NCBI RefSeq assembly: GCF_022539665.2
Contig: NC_081334.1
Span: forward strand, 930,001 to 994,000
Reading direction: 5' to 3'
Length of the DNA: 64,000 nucleotides
DNA from: Daphnia carinata
Lineage: Eukaryota
Made by a program: the position numbers and the translations under genes. This document shows, piece after piece, positions 29,346 through 40,660 of the stretch. Under the pieces are notes generated by a model that worked only from the letters and a program-made list of their open reading frames with translations, searched no databases and had not been told where the DNA came from. Each line of letters opens with the position of its first letter. Position 1 is the stretch's first letter.

Positions 29346-31067
29346 ATGACGGTACCGGTTACAAATATTAAAGAGGCTATCTATTTTGCTGGATTTGTTG
29401 TAATTGGTTTAAATTTCCTTATCAGTGGAATTCTGATTAATTTTTTTCAACTATTACTGTGGGTGGGCCTGAAACCCATGAGTTCTACATTATACCACAA
29501 AATAAACTATTATCTGACCTACGCAGTATGGGGCCGTAAGATCATTTTCTCTGGCCAAACAAAGAATTCTCAATAATAATTTTTTTGAAAACAGAAATGG
29601 AATTTCTTGCTGAATGGTGGTCAAGTTCCACCTGCATAGTCTACACAGATGACAAGACATGGGCAAAAATGGGAAGTGAGCATGCCATCCTCCTGCTTAA
29701 TCATTCATATGAAGTTGATTGGCTATTTAGCTGGTTTCTTTGTGAGCATGTCAGAATGCTAGGGGTAAGCATTGAATTCATTTCTTAGTATGCATTAGCT
29801 TAACCTTCAAATTAAAATTGTATGAAAATCTCCAATATTCAATCCTTTTTCTTCTAGAGTGCCAAAGCATTTGTCAAAAAATCTTTCAAAAAAGTTCCTA
29901 TTATTGGATGGACTGCATTTTTTTCTGGCAGTGCTTTTTTAGAAAGGTATTAGTTTTGGAAAAACTTGTCTGTTGTTGATTTATTTCTGCAACCATTAAT
30001 TCTAGGAGCTGGGAGAAAGACAAGTCAATTTTGGAAAACCAAATTGCCAATATGAGTAATTACCCAGATCCTGTTATGGTAAGATAAATGCACCAAATAA
30101 TGTAACTCAGGACATGCTTGGATTTTAATGAAATTTATTCGTTAGTTGCATCTTTTCGCGGAGGGGACAAGATACACTCCAGAAAAACATGCTGCTTCCG
30201 TTGAATTTGCTCAAAAATCCGGTTTTCCACCTCTGAAACATTTGTTGGTTCCTCGTACTAAGGGCTTTGTCTTGTCGGTAGAAAAGCTAAGAGGAAAGTT
30301 TCCGGCAATCTACTGTGCTACAATGGTTTTTGATACGTAAGACTGAAAAAAAAGTATGAATGCCTTTTAGGTTATGTCGATAATTTGTTCTGTAGCAAAG
30401 AAGGTGCCGCGCCAGTGTTCAAGAGTTTAGTCCTTGGTCGCCCTATTGCAGCAGAAATATTGCTTGAACGCATCCCTCTTGAAGATATTCCAGAGGACAG
30501 TGATAAAATTGCAAACTGGCTACATGAAAACTACCATCATAAAGTACTGGGCTTCAGAATTGCCATCAATTCTTCGTTTGTGCCATTTAATTTTTTCGTT
30601 ATTATTATTTGTGTATTCTGTTTTAAAATAAGATTTTTCTCTTCTGTTCTTTTTTTTCGCTTTTTCTGTATGCAAATATTTTACAGGACAAAATGATTGA
30701 TATTTTCAAAACTGAAGGGAAGTTTCCTACCTCTCTTCCCGGTCACCATTTCGAAGGACCAATTCGTTCCCACTATCGCCCTAGACGTCTTTGGACATTG
30801 CTGACAATCGCCATCACATCATTTTTAACACTTCCTACAGTGTGCCGTGCATTCTACTCCCTTTTCTGTTCTGGATTCGTCAATGTTGTGATCGGCGTTG
30901 TTTTGTTGGGATTAGGTATAATGTTTCTAATCTATTAAGCTTTTTTTTCACCGTTTTGCAATAATATTTTATTTGCAGTGTTTGTTGCGTTGCTCAAGTT
31001 GATGGATCTAAGCAGTGCAAGCAAAGGGTCGGCGTACGGCCATAGTCCTCGTGCTAAAGCAGATTAG
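29346..31067 (+). CDS. AGPAT3/4-type acyltransferase, paralog C
   Basis: Motifs NHSYEVDW, FLERSWEKDK, FAEGTRY, LVPRTKGF; ends KGSAYGHSPRAKAD*. Closest to paralog A (shared GPIRSHYRPRRLW). Confidence 0.92.
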
Positions 31068-31743
31068 GCCAATCGTCTAATCCATCACAAGTACCAATAG
31101 TTCTGCTATGTAACACACTTTATTGATCAGACAACATTAGTGGTTGGATCTTTGGCTTTTCAAAAATGGCCAGAGACGAACTAATTGGATGCCTTCGTTC
31201 ATAGTACGCTGTATGTTATTTCTTGTTAAAAAAAATCAAACTGTTTCGGGATTTTTTTGTTACGCTTACATGATTGACTCTTCTGCTTTACCTAAGTAAG
31301 AAGGTGCACAATTCAATTTGTTATTCTCTGAACCAACATGAACTTACTCTCGTCAATCATGTAACTCATCTGTTGAATTAATAACGTGGGCTGCTAATAC
31401 ATATTAAGCTGATGTATAACTCCCTGTAAGTTTTACATTATCATTGCTTTTCAATCTTGCATTTCTCAGAATATTAGTTGTCTTTCAGGCAATTTGTATT
31501 TTATTTAACCTTGAAATTTATTTCTTTTTTACAGTTATGTTTTCTCCATCTGTTTATAGTTGAATAATGTCCAAGAACCAAAACTCTGGAAGGAATCTGG
31601 CAAATATCTACTTCTATATGGCAAAATAGGCCTATCAACTGGATGCATGGTGAACACAAACTTTTGCTTACATATTGGTAAGCCCATGCCAAATAAATTT
31701 AGAAGAAAAAACTCATAAGTATTGTATTTTGTTCTGTTCATGA

Positions 31744-33489
31744 CTAGTTATAAACAACAGAATCCTGAGAAGACGAATCCGCGGTAGCTCTCACTTCAGT
31801 AGTTTCAGATGATGAAGGCGGCTGCACTTGAGATTTCGATTGGCTTAAAACGCTATTTCCGAAAGACGAATCTGCGGAACATCCTGTTGGATCCGGCGCA
31901 TTTTGAACTTCACACGTAACGTCACAAGAAATGAGTGGCGGAATATTTTTCTCAACTTCCTGTGAGTTTCCCAAATTTTTTTCGCCATTTCCGTGACACA
32001 CATTTGTGTCCAAGTTTATGCGAGGTTGCTCGACGAAATCCAAATCCAATACTTTAGGGCTTGCTGTTGAAATATTTCCTGAATGACTATCTTCATGGCT
32101 TGGAGACGCTTCGAGCTCGGCTGCTAGGCGCGTTTTATTGGATTTTATTTCTGCGATTAAAGAGGCCCTTTCTGTTTGCATTGCTCTACAAAGTTTCTCA
32201 AGCTGCGCCAACTGTTTTGTGGTATTTAAAAGCTCCGAATCTCTCTGCTTCTTTTCAAGTGCCATTTCAGTAAGTAAACAATTACTTTTCTCCCAACGTT
32301 GCTTCCATTGTGCGGTTTCTTTTTCAAGGCTTTTAAGTTTTTTAGTCATCTCATCCATTTGACTCTTGAAGCCATTAAATTGCTGGTTGCTAGCTTTTAA
32401 TGCCTAATCATATAGAAAACGAAAGAAAACAAATTAATCTCAGTGATGTGCAGTAACGCCCAGTAAAAATCAAACCTTTTGAAAATCATCGTACTTGTCC
32501 GTGTACATTGACAGCTGGTGACGTAAGGCAACTTCATCTTCCTGCATCACCTGACATTTCTTTTGATATTCGGTAAGGTCCTACATAGAAAGAACGAAAT
32601 CTTGCATAGGTTCATGCAATATGAAAATGCAGATACAAACGTACCAGTAACAGTGTCTGTTTTTCTTTCAGCATTTTCTCTTTTGTCTCTGCTGAATCCA
32701 TTCGTATTTTGGCCAGTTTGGCTTCATTTAGTTGTCGTTCAATATCATATTGTTTTCCTAGTTTCTCCAGATGCTGTTCTCTCAAGCTGTATTGGTCACA
32801 CAGCATCTGTAGCTTTGTAGCCATTTCAGTATTCTCATCTCTTAGTTTTTGATTTTTATCATTATTCTGTTGGAGCAAGGCTGAAACTTCAGCAAGTGTA
32901 GATTGAAATTTTGTAGACACTTCTTTCCTGCGTTCCTCTTCTTCACGAACACGTACCATACTCTCTTCTGTAGGAGAATATGTAGAATGACTTTAGGAAA
33001 ACTATTACACAGTTTACAACCAATGCAAATAAAATGACTAAACATGTATGACAACTAGAAAAGAAAAAATACCTTTAATAATCTTATTTTGTCTCTGGAG
33101 TTCACGACAGAGCTCTTCTAACCTTGAACGAGCTAACAGAGACTTTCCATTTTCCATCTGGAGCTGTTCTTTTTCCTTCTGTAAAACTTGAATGTGTTTT
33201 TCATAGACTTTCAGGTTAGAAAGATTTGCTCCATTTTCTTCCAGTAATTCAGCATATTTATGAGTAAACACCTATGAACTCTCATTATTAAAATCAACTT
33301 CATACACAAAAAAATATAAAAAAAAACCTTCAATTTTTCTTCAAATGATAAATTGTTCATTGATTTCAGAAGTACTTCCACATTTCGCATTTCTTTTTTG
33401 CGAGATTTGCTTTTTTCATTTTTCTCTCCGCAACTTTTCAACACACTTGCAAGCTCTTCGGTTATTTCTTCAGATTTAGAACCACTCAT
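31744..33489 (-). CDS. Taxilin family coiled-coil protein
   Basis: Taxilin motifs LARSRLEELCRELQRQNK, REEEERRKEVSTKFQ, QYSLREQHL, MDEMTKKLKSLEKET and LEKLCRAMQTER across short-intron exons. Confidence 0.9.
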
Positions 33490-34547
33490 TGTTTCTGTTT
33501 TCCACTTTCCACTTTGAATACGGGTAGCTGAATTTTTAAAACACGTTAAACCTCACAAAAATATCTCTAGTCAGTGCGTCTTAAACCTCTAAAAATGGAA
33601 TAAAGCTATTTGTTGGTAACCAAAAGAAAAAAGAAACTGCCAGCCCAGCCCAAGAATTTTTACGAACGTTTGGGAGGTCTCTCGAAATAGTAATACTGCT
33701 AATAACAGCCGGTTGGTTGTCTTTCTCTGCTGTAAGGCAAGGGCCGGACGTCCGTGTCCGGGAAAAGAGCTTTTTCCCCCGCGAACTGAATGAATAGTTT
33801 CAAGTCTGATCGGTCTGGGATTTTAAGCCTGTGGACCTGCAGTAAACTCAAGCGCCATCTGGCACGTCGCATGTGTTGTTTCTGCTTGAATTCCGACATT
33901 AGGCAAATTCACAACTTTTGTAGGGAAAGATCAATTATAAAATGAAGAACCAGCTTTATCCAATTAGAGAATTTCATTTTCAGCTTGACCAGCATTGTAA
34001 CATCTTACCCTTCAGCTCGACTAGCGTTATGTGAAAACAAATATTTTGAGAAAAACGTCATCTAAGCATTGTTCAGCAGTATACGAAAGTCAAAAATCAG
34101 AAAAAAGAATTTAAAAAGAATTCGTAAATAGATTTAATTAGTTCTTGATTTGGAAAAAGATTTATTCGGTTGGTGTAAATTCTGTTAAAGAAGGCCGCAA
34201 GCTCCGCACATGGCCCCGCATTTTAGCCGTTAACAGTCCCTTCGCCTTCGCTTTCCGCGCACAACATTATGTGTTATTGTCATTACGTCGTGAATTTCAT
34301 ACTTCATGGGGTTTCGTCCTATCTAACTACTCAATTTGCATCATTTAGATCAGTTACTCGTCGTTATACCTTAATCATATATTTTGAACCTCTTGTATTA
34401 CTTATTCTTATATTCGCGATGGTTTAAACTTACGTAGGTTGAGCTGGGGTTTTTTAAAGAACCGTTTATTTCCCCTGGCTTTTGTGAAACGTTTGTTAGT
34501 GTTCAATAGACCTGACCAAATATCCGACAACTTCCACAGACTTTAGA

Positions 34548-36281
34548 ATGTGTAAGAGTTTCCCGTGTAACCTTGTTGACTTCTTCTGGAAATGGGTGCT
34601 TTTAACATACCTGTCGGTATGGATAGTTGAAGCAGATGTTTTAGTAATATCCAACACTACAAATTCCACAGTTAATGCTTTTCCCAGTTTACCAGCAAAT
34701 TTTGGAAAAGTATTACCGTTTGAAGGTTTGGCTGGTTGTGTAGTTGTAGCAAACCCCTCACATGCTTGTGGCCCTATAGACTATCCTCCACAGAACAGTA
34801 GTTGTTCGGATACATGGTTTGTCCTCATTAGACGATTTGAGTGTAATTTTGTTGACAAAGTTCGAGCAGCCCAAAATGCTGACTATGATGCTGCTATCAT
34901 TTATAATGTTGGATCAAATCTCATTGGTACAATGAATTGTCACATTGTTTTCTGGTAAAGTCTAATTTTGTTCTCCTTATAGAGCCTATGGCAGGAGAAG
35001 ATGATAACATTGAAATTGCTGCCATATTCATTGGACAAGATGGTGATTCTTGGCTTTGTTGTTGATTTTAATTGTGTTTGATATTCTTTCCTTCATCCTC
35101 AGATGGACTTAAAATTCAGTCCCTCTACCAATATGATAAAGGGTATCAGTAAAACAGTTTCAATTCTTTTCTTGAATGATTAATTTTTATTTTCTTTGGA
35201 AGGTACATGCTGTTACTGACCAATGAGTTGCCATTTAATATAAACAGCTATCTTCTACCATTTGCCATTGTTGTTGCAATCTGTTTTGCAATAATGGTTG
35301 TTTTCATGGTAAGTGTTTCGCATTATATTTTATATATGCTTTACATATAATAAGACTGAGGAATAATTTCACGTGTGTTTAGTTGGTCAAGTGCGTCAAA
35401 GAACGCAGACGATCAAGACGTATTCGCTTACCTTCGTCGTCCTTGAAAACTATTCCTACGAATAAATTTAAAAAAGGAGATCCTTACGATACCTGTGCGA
35501 TATGCTTAGAAGACTATGTGGAGGGTGATAAACTTCGTATTCTTCCATGTTCACACGGTAAAATTTTGTTATTATATGTTATTTAAAATAATAGTATCCA
35601 TAGATTTATGGAAAATGTGTCCGTGTAGCTTATCATGCTAAATGCATTGATCCATGGCTTACGCGTAACCGTCGGGTATGTCCAGTATGTAAAAGACGGG
35701 TAATTGCGCGGGGCGAAAACTTTTCCGATTCTGATTCCGATACGGAAGATGAAAGCCGTCCGCTTTTGCGGCCGGGTTCGCACATCTCTTCAGGAGGAAC
35801 TTTCACTGATCAAACAGTAAGTCCCAGATATTGTCAAATACGTATCAAAACGTTCTAATTTGTGGTTCAGAGAAGTATTGGAACCAATAGCCGTCCAGTA
35901 GAGGGGCCACCTATTTTGAACAATGAGGTGGTCATTGATGGCAGAGGACATTCGGTTCTTGTTTCCGCCGATTCAGTGGTCATTGAGAATGAGTAATGAA
36001 AGAAATTTGAATAGTTTAATGTAGCACCATTTAATGTGTCCATTAATCAATTTTAGGGAAGCTAGAATTCCCGTAAACGACGAGGATGACTTAATTGGTG
36101 GTAACGTAATTTTTCTTTTTAAGCGCTTTCTAATATGTCTGATCATCGAATTTCATGCTCGGTTTTAGACAGTGACACATCATCCTACGGTGAATCTGAA
36201 CGTCATGAAAACTCGAATGCAAATAGTTCAGTGTGTTTAACTCCTCAAAGTCATCGTTCTCGGGAAGCTTTGAATGTTTAA
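34548..36281 (+). CDS. RNF13: PA-TM-RING E3 ubiquitin ligase, RNF13/RNF167 (godzilla) family
   Basis: Signal peptide; PA domain (LIRRFECNFVDKVRAAQNADYDAAIIYN); TM segment YLLPFAIVVAICF; RING-H2 CAICLEDY...[26 protein letters not shown]; TAA at 36279-36281. Confidence 0.9.
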
Positions 36282-36811
36282 GAGATCCTGTAATTAACAC
36301 TGTAAGTCGACATATTGTTACACTCTAATTCCCTATAGGAAGCTTGTTTCTACCTATTCCTTGCTATCTGGTTGTGAGAAATTGAGCAGACAAATTCACA
36401 TTTCCTCCGAAACTCCGAATCTACCAAGTAAGGGTAAATGTTTTTATGGTAATGTTTAGTTCATTATAAAAAAAAAAATATTGCGAAAAATTCAATAAAC
36501 ATAATACATCTTATACCATAATGAATGCGTTCCGAAAATGGGATATGCCATCCATCGCACGAGAGACATACCCAGCTGGATCCCATTCTTTTTAATCCTG
36601 TCACAATCGTTTCCAGTTTTTACGAACTTTTTTCCTTCCTTAACGGTTAGAGAACTGTACTCCTTCACACATCTATTCTTCTAGTAAAACTAGTATATGG
36701 CAATAAAGTAAGCTGTATATCTTGATGCATTTTTCTGAAAATAAAAGTGTTCCACGAAAATTATAATTATTCAGGAGTTGAATTATGCCATGAGGATCAT
36801 CTACCTATGGT

Positions 36812-37236
36812 CAGACTTGCCGCGCCGATCAATTTTCCGATCTCGATCTCCGATCCGATCTTTTGAGTTTGATCGGATCGGCGATCGAGATCGGCCGATC
36901 ATTTTTGTGCGACATCTAACGCTGAAAATTTACACTATTTAACGAATTCAGTATTGGCTGTCACAGCGACAGTCACTGACGGCCATTGAGGGTGAACACT
37001 AAACAGTTTCCCTCAATTGGCATTCGCAAAAATAGTAGTGAAAGAGAACCATGCGACTGCAAAATCGACAGCTAGATGGCGAAAAGTTTGATCGCTCAAA
37101 AAGATCGGATCGCGATCAATTTTTTTGGGATCGCCGATCCGATCTCCGATCTTTCTCAAAAGATCGGATCGGCGATCATTTTTTGAGCGAAGATCGGATC
37201 GGCGATCAATTTTTGATCGCGATCGCGGCAAGTCTG
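36812..37236. mobile_element. Non-autonomous hAT-superfamily MITE (425 bp)
   Basis: Perfect 13-bp TIRs CAGACTTGCCGCG / CGCGGCAAGTCTG; perfect 8-bp target-site duplication CCTATGGT (36804-36811 and 37237-37244); GATC-rich subterminal repeats at both ends. Confidence 0.9.
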
Positions 37237-37849
37237 CCTATGGTTATGGCAATCCGTTTTACCCCCCCCCCCCCCCCCAAAAAAAAAAAAATTTCGGCCT
37301 TTTTCACCTACCGCCATCTACCGGTCAGATTCTAGTTAAGTCTCTAAATACAACTTTACGCATTCTAACCATATAAATATATAATTTTTTTAATTAATAA
37401 CTTTCTTTCATTAAAATATAACTATAAAGTAATTATTTTCTTATATTCTATTTGCCCAACTTAATTATTATTACTATTAAATATTAACTTTCCATTTTGT
37501 GTTGCAACAATTATAATGTATGTAATTCTAATAACAATGAGAATGATTGCGTGTTTTAGGTATAACATAGTAAACATAACGACTTTATATTACTCAAACA
37601 TATTATTTATACCTATTGGATGTATATTGGAACGAAATTTGGATTTTAGCAATAAGTTTGATCGAATTCGAAGTCAAAATTTTTTCCGGGACAATTTGTT
37701 AATTCAGCGAATTTGATCTCCTCTGTGACGCTGGTCTTTTCTGGTTAATTTGTTTACATTTTTTTTCTTCCGAATCAAAAGTTTTTTGGATCCGATCTGG
37801 CAACGTTGCCTGCGACAGCCATTCGTTTGAGGAAGAACCCTCGCCAATT

Positions 37850-39730
37850 CTAATTTTCTATCGCCATGACATGTCACATGTCATCGTCTGATACATTATC
37901 CGGTCTTTTGTAACTTAAGTATTGATTCTTGTAAACACGCCAATCCGTATTACCAGTAACTGAGTCTTTTCTGTGAAAATTTCCAACCTAGGCATTTAAA
38001 TTTTGTTTCTTTTACAAGTATTCTGTCCTGTATTAGATGATAGGGTACAGTAAAGGCATGGTCCATTTTAGTAAGTAGTCTGACCTACACCCATGTAATT
38101 GCAAATGTTTGGTGTTGTTAAAGCTTTAGTATTATAAAAGATTTTGTTCATCTATGGTTTTTTTTGTGTGTTTTAGGTGTTGAATCAACTAATTACATGG
38201 AGGTGATTTGTCAATTTGGGAATTGAGTTGTCAGCAGTTGGTTGCAAAAAGCCTAGAATGGTAAGACTGGAAATAAATAATCCTTAACATTTCAACTCTT
38301 GTCATTTTGTTTATTGGCCATTATAGGATCACAATTTTATGCCCCCGTTTGTCTTTGGAATCCTGGGTTGCTAATTGTTTACGGAACATTCTCGTCCGTT
38401 CAGGCCACAAATAACGTATGACAAATCTATGCACATCGAGCATGGAGCCGATTACCATGTTGTACATAGAAATGCTTGAAGGTGGAGCATTTTGTCTATA
38501 CTAGATCATTTAATAATGTGCTTAAATATGTTAGACTTTTGAGGTTCTAGATTTGCTTTCCGACTGTATGGTTATTTAAGATTGAAGTTAAGTTTTTGTA
38601 TTGTATAGTGAAAGAACGTGTCGTGCGCGTTCAAACATTAGTAAGTCCAGCAGCTGCGAGTGGTTTCATTTTTGTCAATGTTCTGACTTTTGATCAAGCA
38701 GACATTGCCAATCGTCGAACTAATCTTTATAGCGCTAGCTTAGGTAGTATGTGATCCTTTGGCGATGCGTTGGCTTTTCTTATTACTTCTTTTTTGTACT
38801 TACGTAACAATTATGCCCATTTTGGAACACATTTTAAAAACATCGTTCTGTTTGATCATTTTTTCGGTAATATCGAATTTAACAAACTCGTGATTGCAAA
38901 CATCGAATTTTTGGAAATCTGTTAAAAAATGACTGGCTGATAGTTCTAAACGATTTTGTTCATTTGTTATTGTTCTACGTCATGTGATGAATTTGCTATT
39001 TTATCTTTTGGTCTTAAACATTGGAGGGAAAGAAGCTATTGCTGCATTAAAATTCTACTTAATTAAAGTAGAATTTTGTTCACTGACAAACTGCTGCATT
39101 AACTTTGAAGAAAAAACCCGAATAGTTTGGTTACAAATTGCACAAAGAAAGTTGTGAGGAATAGGGCATCTTTAGGTATTGCGCTGTTAAAATGAGTGGC
39201 GCTTCAGTTTCTTCCACCTAAATCTTACCCGTGATAGATTGTGAGAAAACTAATAAATACTGTTTTTTTTTCTTTTCAGATGGAATGGACTAGATGCATG
39301 TTGAAGTAATGTTCCAGAAAGCGGCATTGCAGGGGCAAGAATCCAAGTTGAAAGGCTGATCAACACTTCATATATTGTTCAACTTGTTTTCTTTGCTTCT
39401 TGGTGAATTTGAATTAAATTGGAAATTGAAAGTTATTGAACTAATTTGCCAATCAGTTAGATGGAATTTGTGGAAGTTGCCGAAATGTCGGGACGGAGTA
39501 ATACGCAAAATTTGGAGTCGAAAAAAGTGTTTGCATGTGGTGAATACTAAGAACGTCTGTTTGCATTCCCAGAAATTAAGGCTTGGGACACGATACAGGC
39601 TGTAGATGGTGGAATTTGCATTGCAAGTCAAAATCGTGTTTTATTGCCTGTCGACCATTAAGTAACATTTCGAGCTAATATGTCTTAAAAATGATTGCAT
39701 CTTAGATTCTAAAAATAAATACACAAAGAT
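37850..39730 (+). ncRNA. Putative spliced long non-coding RNA (boundaries approximate)
   Basis: Series of strong donors and acceptors (GTAAGT 38071, TTTTAG 38176, GTAAGA 38261, TTATAG 38327, TTTCAG 39279) with host-like intron sizes. Exon 38177-38260 has stops in all three frames. AATAAA near 39714. Confidence 0.33.
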
Positions 39731-39847
39731 ATAATTGGAATTGGTTTTGTATTGTCCCACCTCCACCCACAATTCCACCACGTTTTACATTACATGTTAT
39801 TTAATACACACATTACACAATATACAATACAAACATACATAAACACT

Positions 39848-40189
39848 TAAGCTACCCCGTTGGCTGCCAAGCCATTGCAACCCCTAGGTTGCTCTCTACA
39901 GTAGCTACCATCGCTTCAGATGGAAGACGATGCAAGAGGAACTTGTCTTTCGACAAGTCCGGGCTGACTTGACGGTGGAGACCTTTATGGGAATGCACAC
40001 CCCGGGTATCTCCACCATCAAATCGACAAAGAGAGGGCCCTGCTGGTGCATTGCCTAAATGCGCCCGAAGGCGCAGGCAACTGCCCTACCCCAATAGGTG
40101 ATCAACCTAGGGGTAGAACAGCGCCGCCGGTCCCTACAGCTACAAAAAAAAATGGGAGAAAAATGGGTGGCAGCCAACGGGTTAGCTTA
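39848..40189 (-). other. ~340-nt self-complementary structured element (candidate structured RNA or foldback element)
   Basis: Terminal 22-bp helix with 1 mismatch, internal 12-bp helix, hairpins closed by cUUCGg and GAAA loops, and G-U pairs that form only on the minus strand. Confidence 0.6.
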
Positions 40190-40371
40190 CACTACACGAC
40201 AATACAAAACAAAACAATACCAAAACGCGAGGCTCCACGATGAGGGGGATGAAGCGAAGACGGGTGCCATTGACGATGATGCGGCAAAGGCGATAGCTCG
40301 ATGACGGTGAAGCGAAGACAGCGAAATGAAGATGGCAAGGCTAAGGCGATCAGCTTGAAGACAGCAAAGAC

Positions 40372-40660
40372 GACGGCGAGACGAGGACGGCGATGACGAG
40401 GACGGCGAGACGAGGACGGCGAGACGAGGACGGCGATGACGAGGACGGCGAGACGAGGACGGCGATGACGAGGACGGCGAGACGAGGACGGCGAGGACGG
40501 CGAGACGAGGACGGCGAGACGAGGACGGCGATGACGAGGACGGCGATGACGAGGACGGCGATGACGAGGACGGCGATGACGAGGACGGCGATGACGAGGA
40601 CGGCGAGACGAGGACGGCGATGACGAGGACGGCGATGACGAGGACGGCGATGACGAGGAC
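40372..40660. repeat. GC-rich minisatellite, about 20 units of GACGAGGACGGCGA(T) (14- and 15-bp variants)
   Basis: Directly visible tandem array. Confidence 0.95.

Noticed and set aside
37013..37376. Overlapping RSDRRS-rich ORFs
   Set aside because: Artefacts of the MITE's GATC subterminal repeats.
40120..40145. GCCGGTCCC resembling part of a twister ribozyme core
   Set aside because: The following AAGCCCGG and P1 elements are absent; no hammerhead CUGANGA core in the 340-nt element either.
39848..40189. Identification as RNase P/MRP or telomerase RNA
   Set aside because: Size and closed ends fit, but the P4 consensus sequences and a TTAGG-complementary template longer than one repeat were not found.
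40393..40623. [13 protein letters not shown]...
   Set aside because: Translation of the minisatellite; mixed 14/15-bp units give no stable frame.
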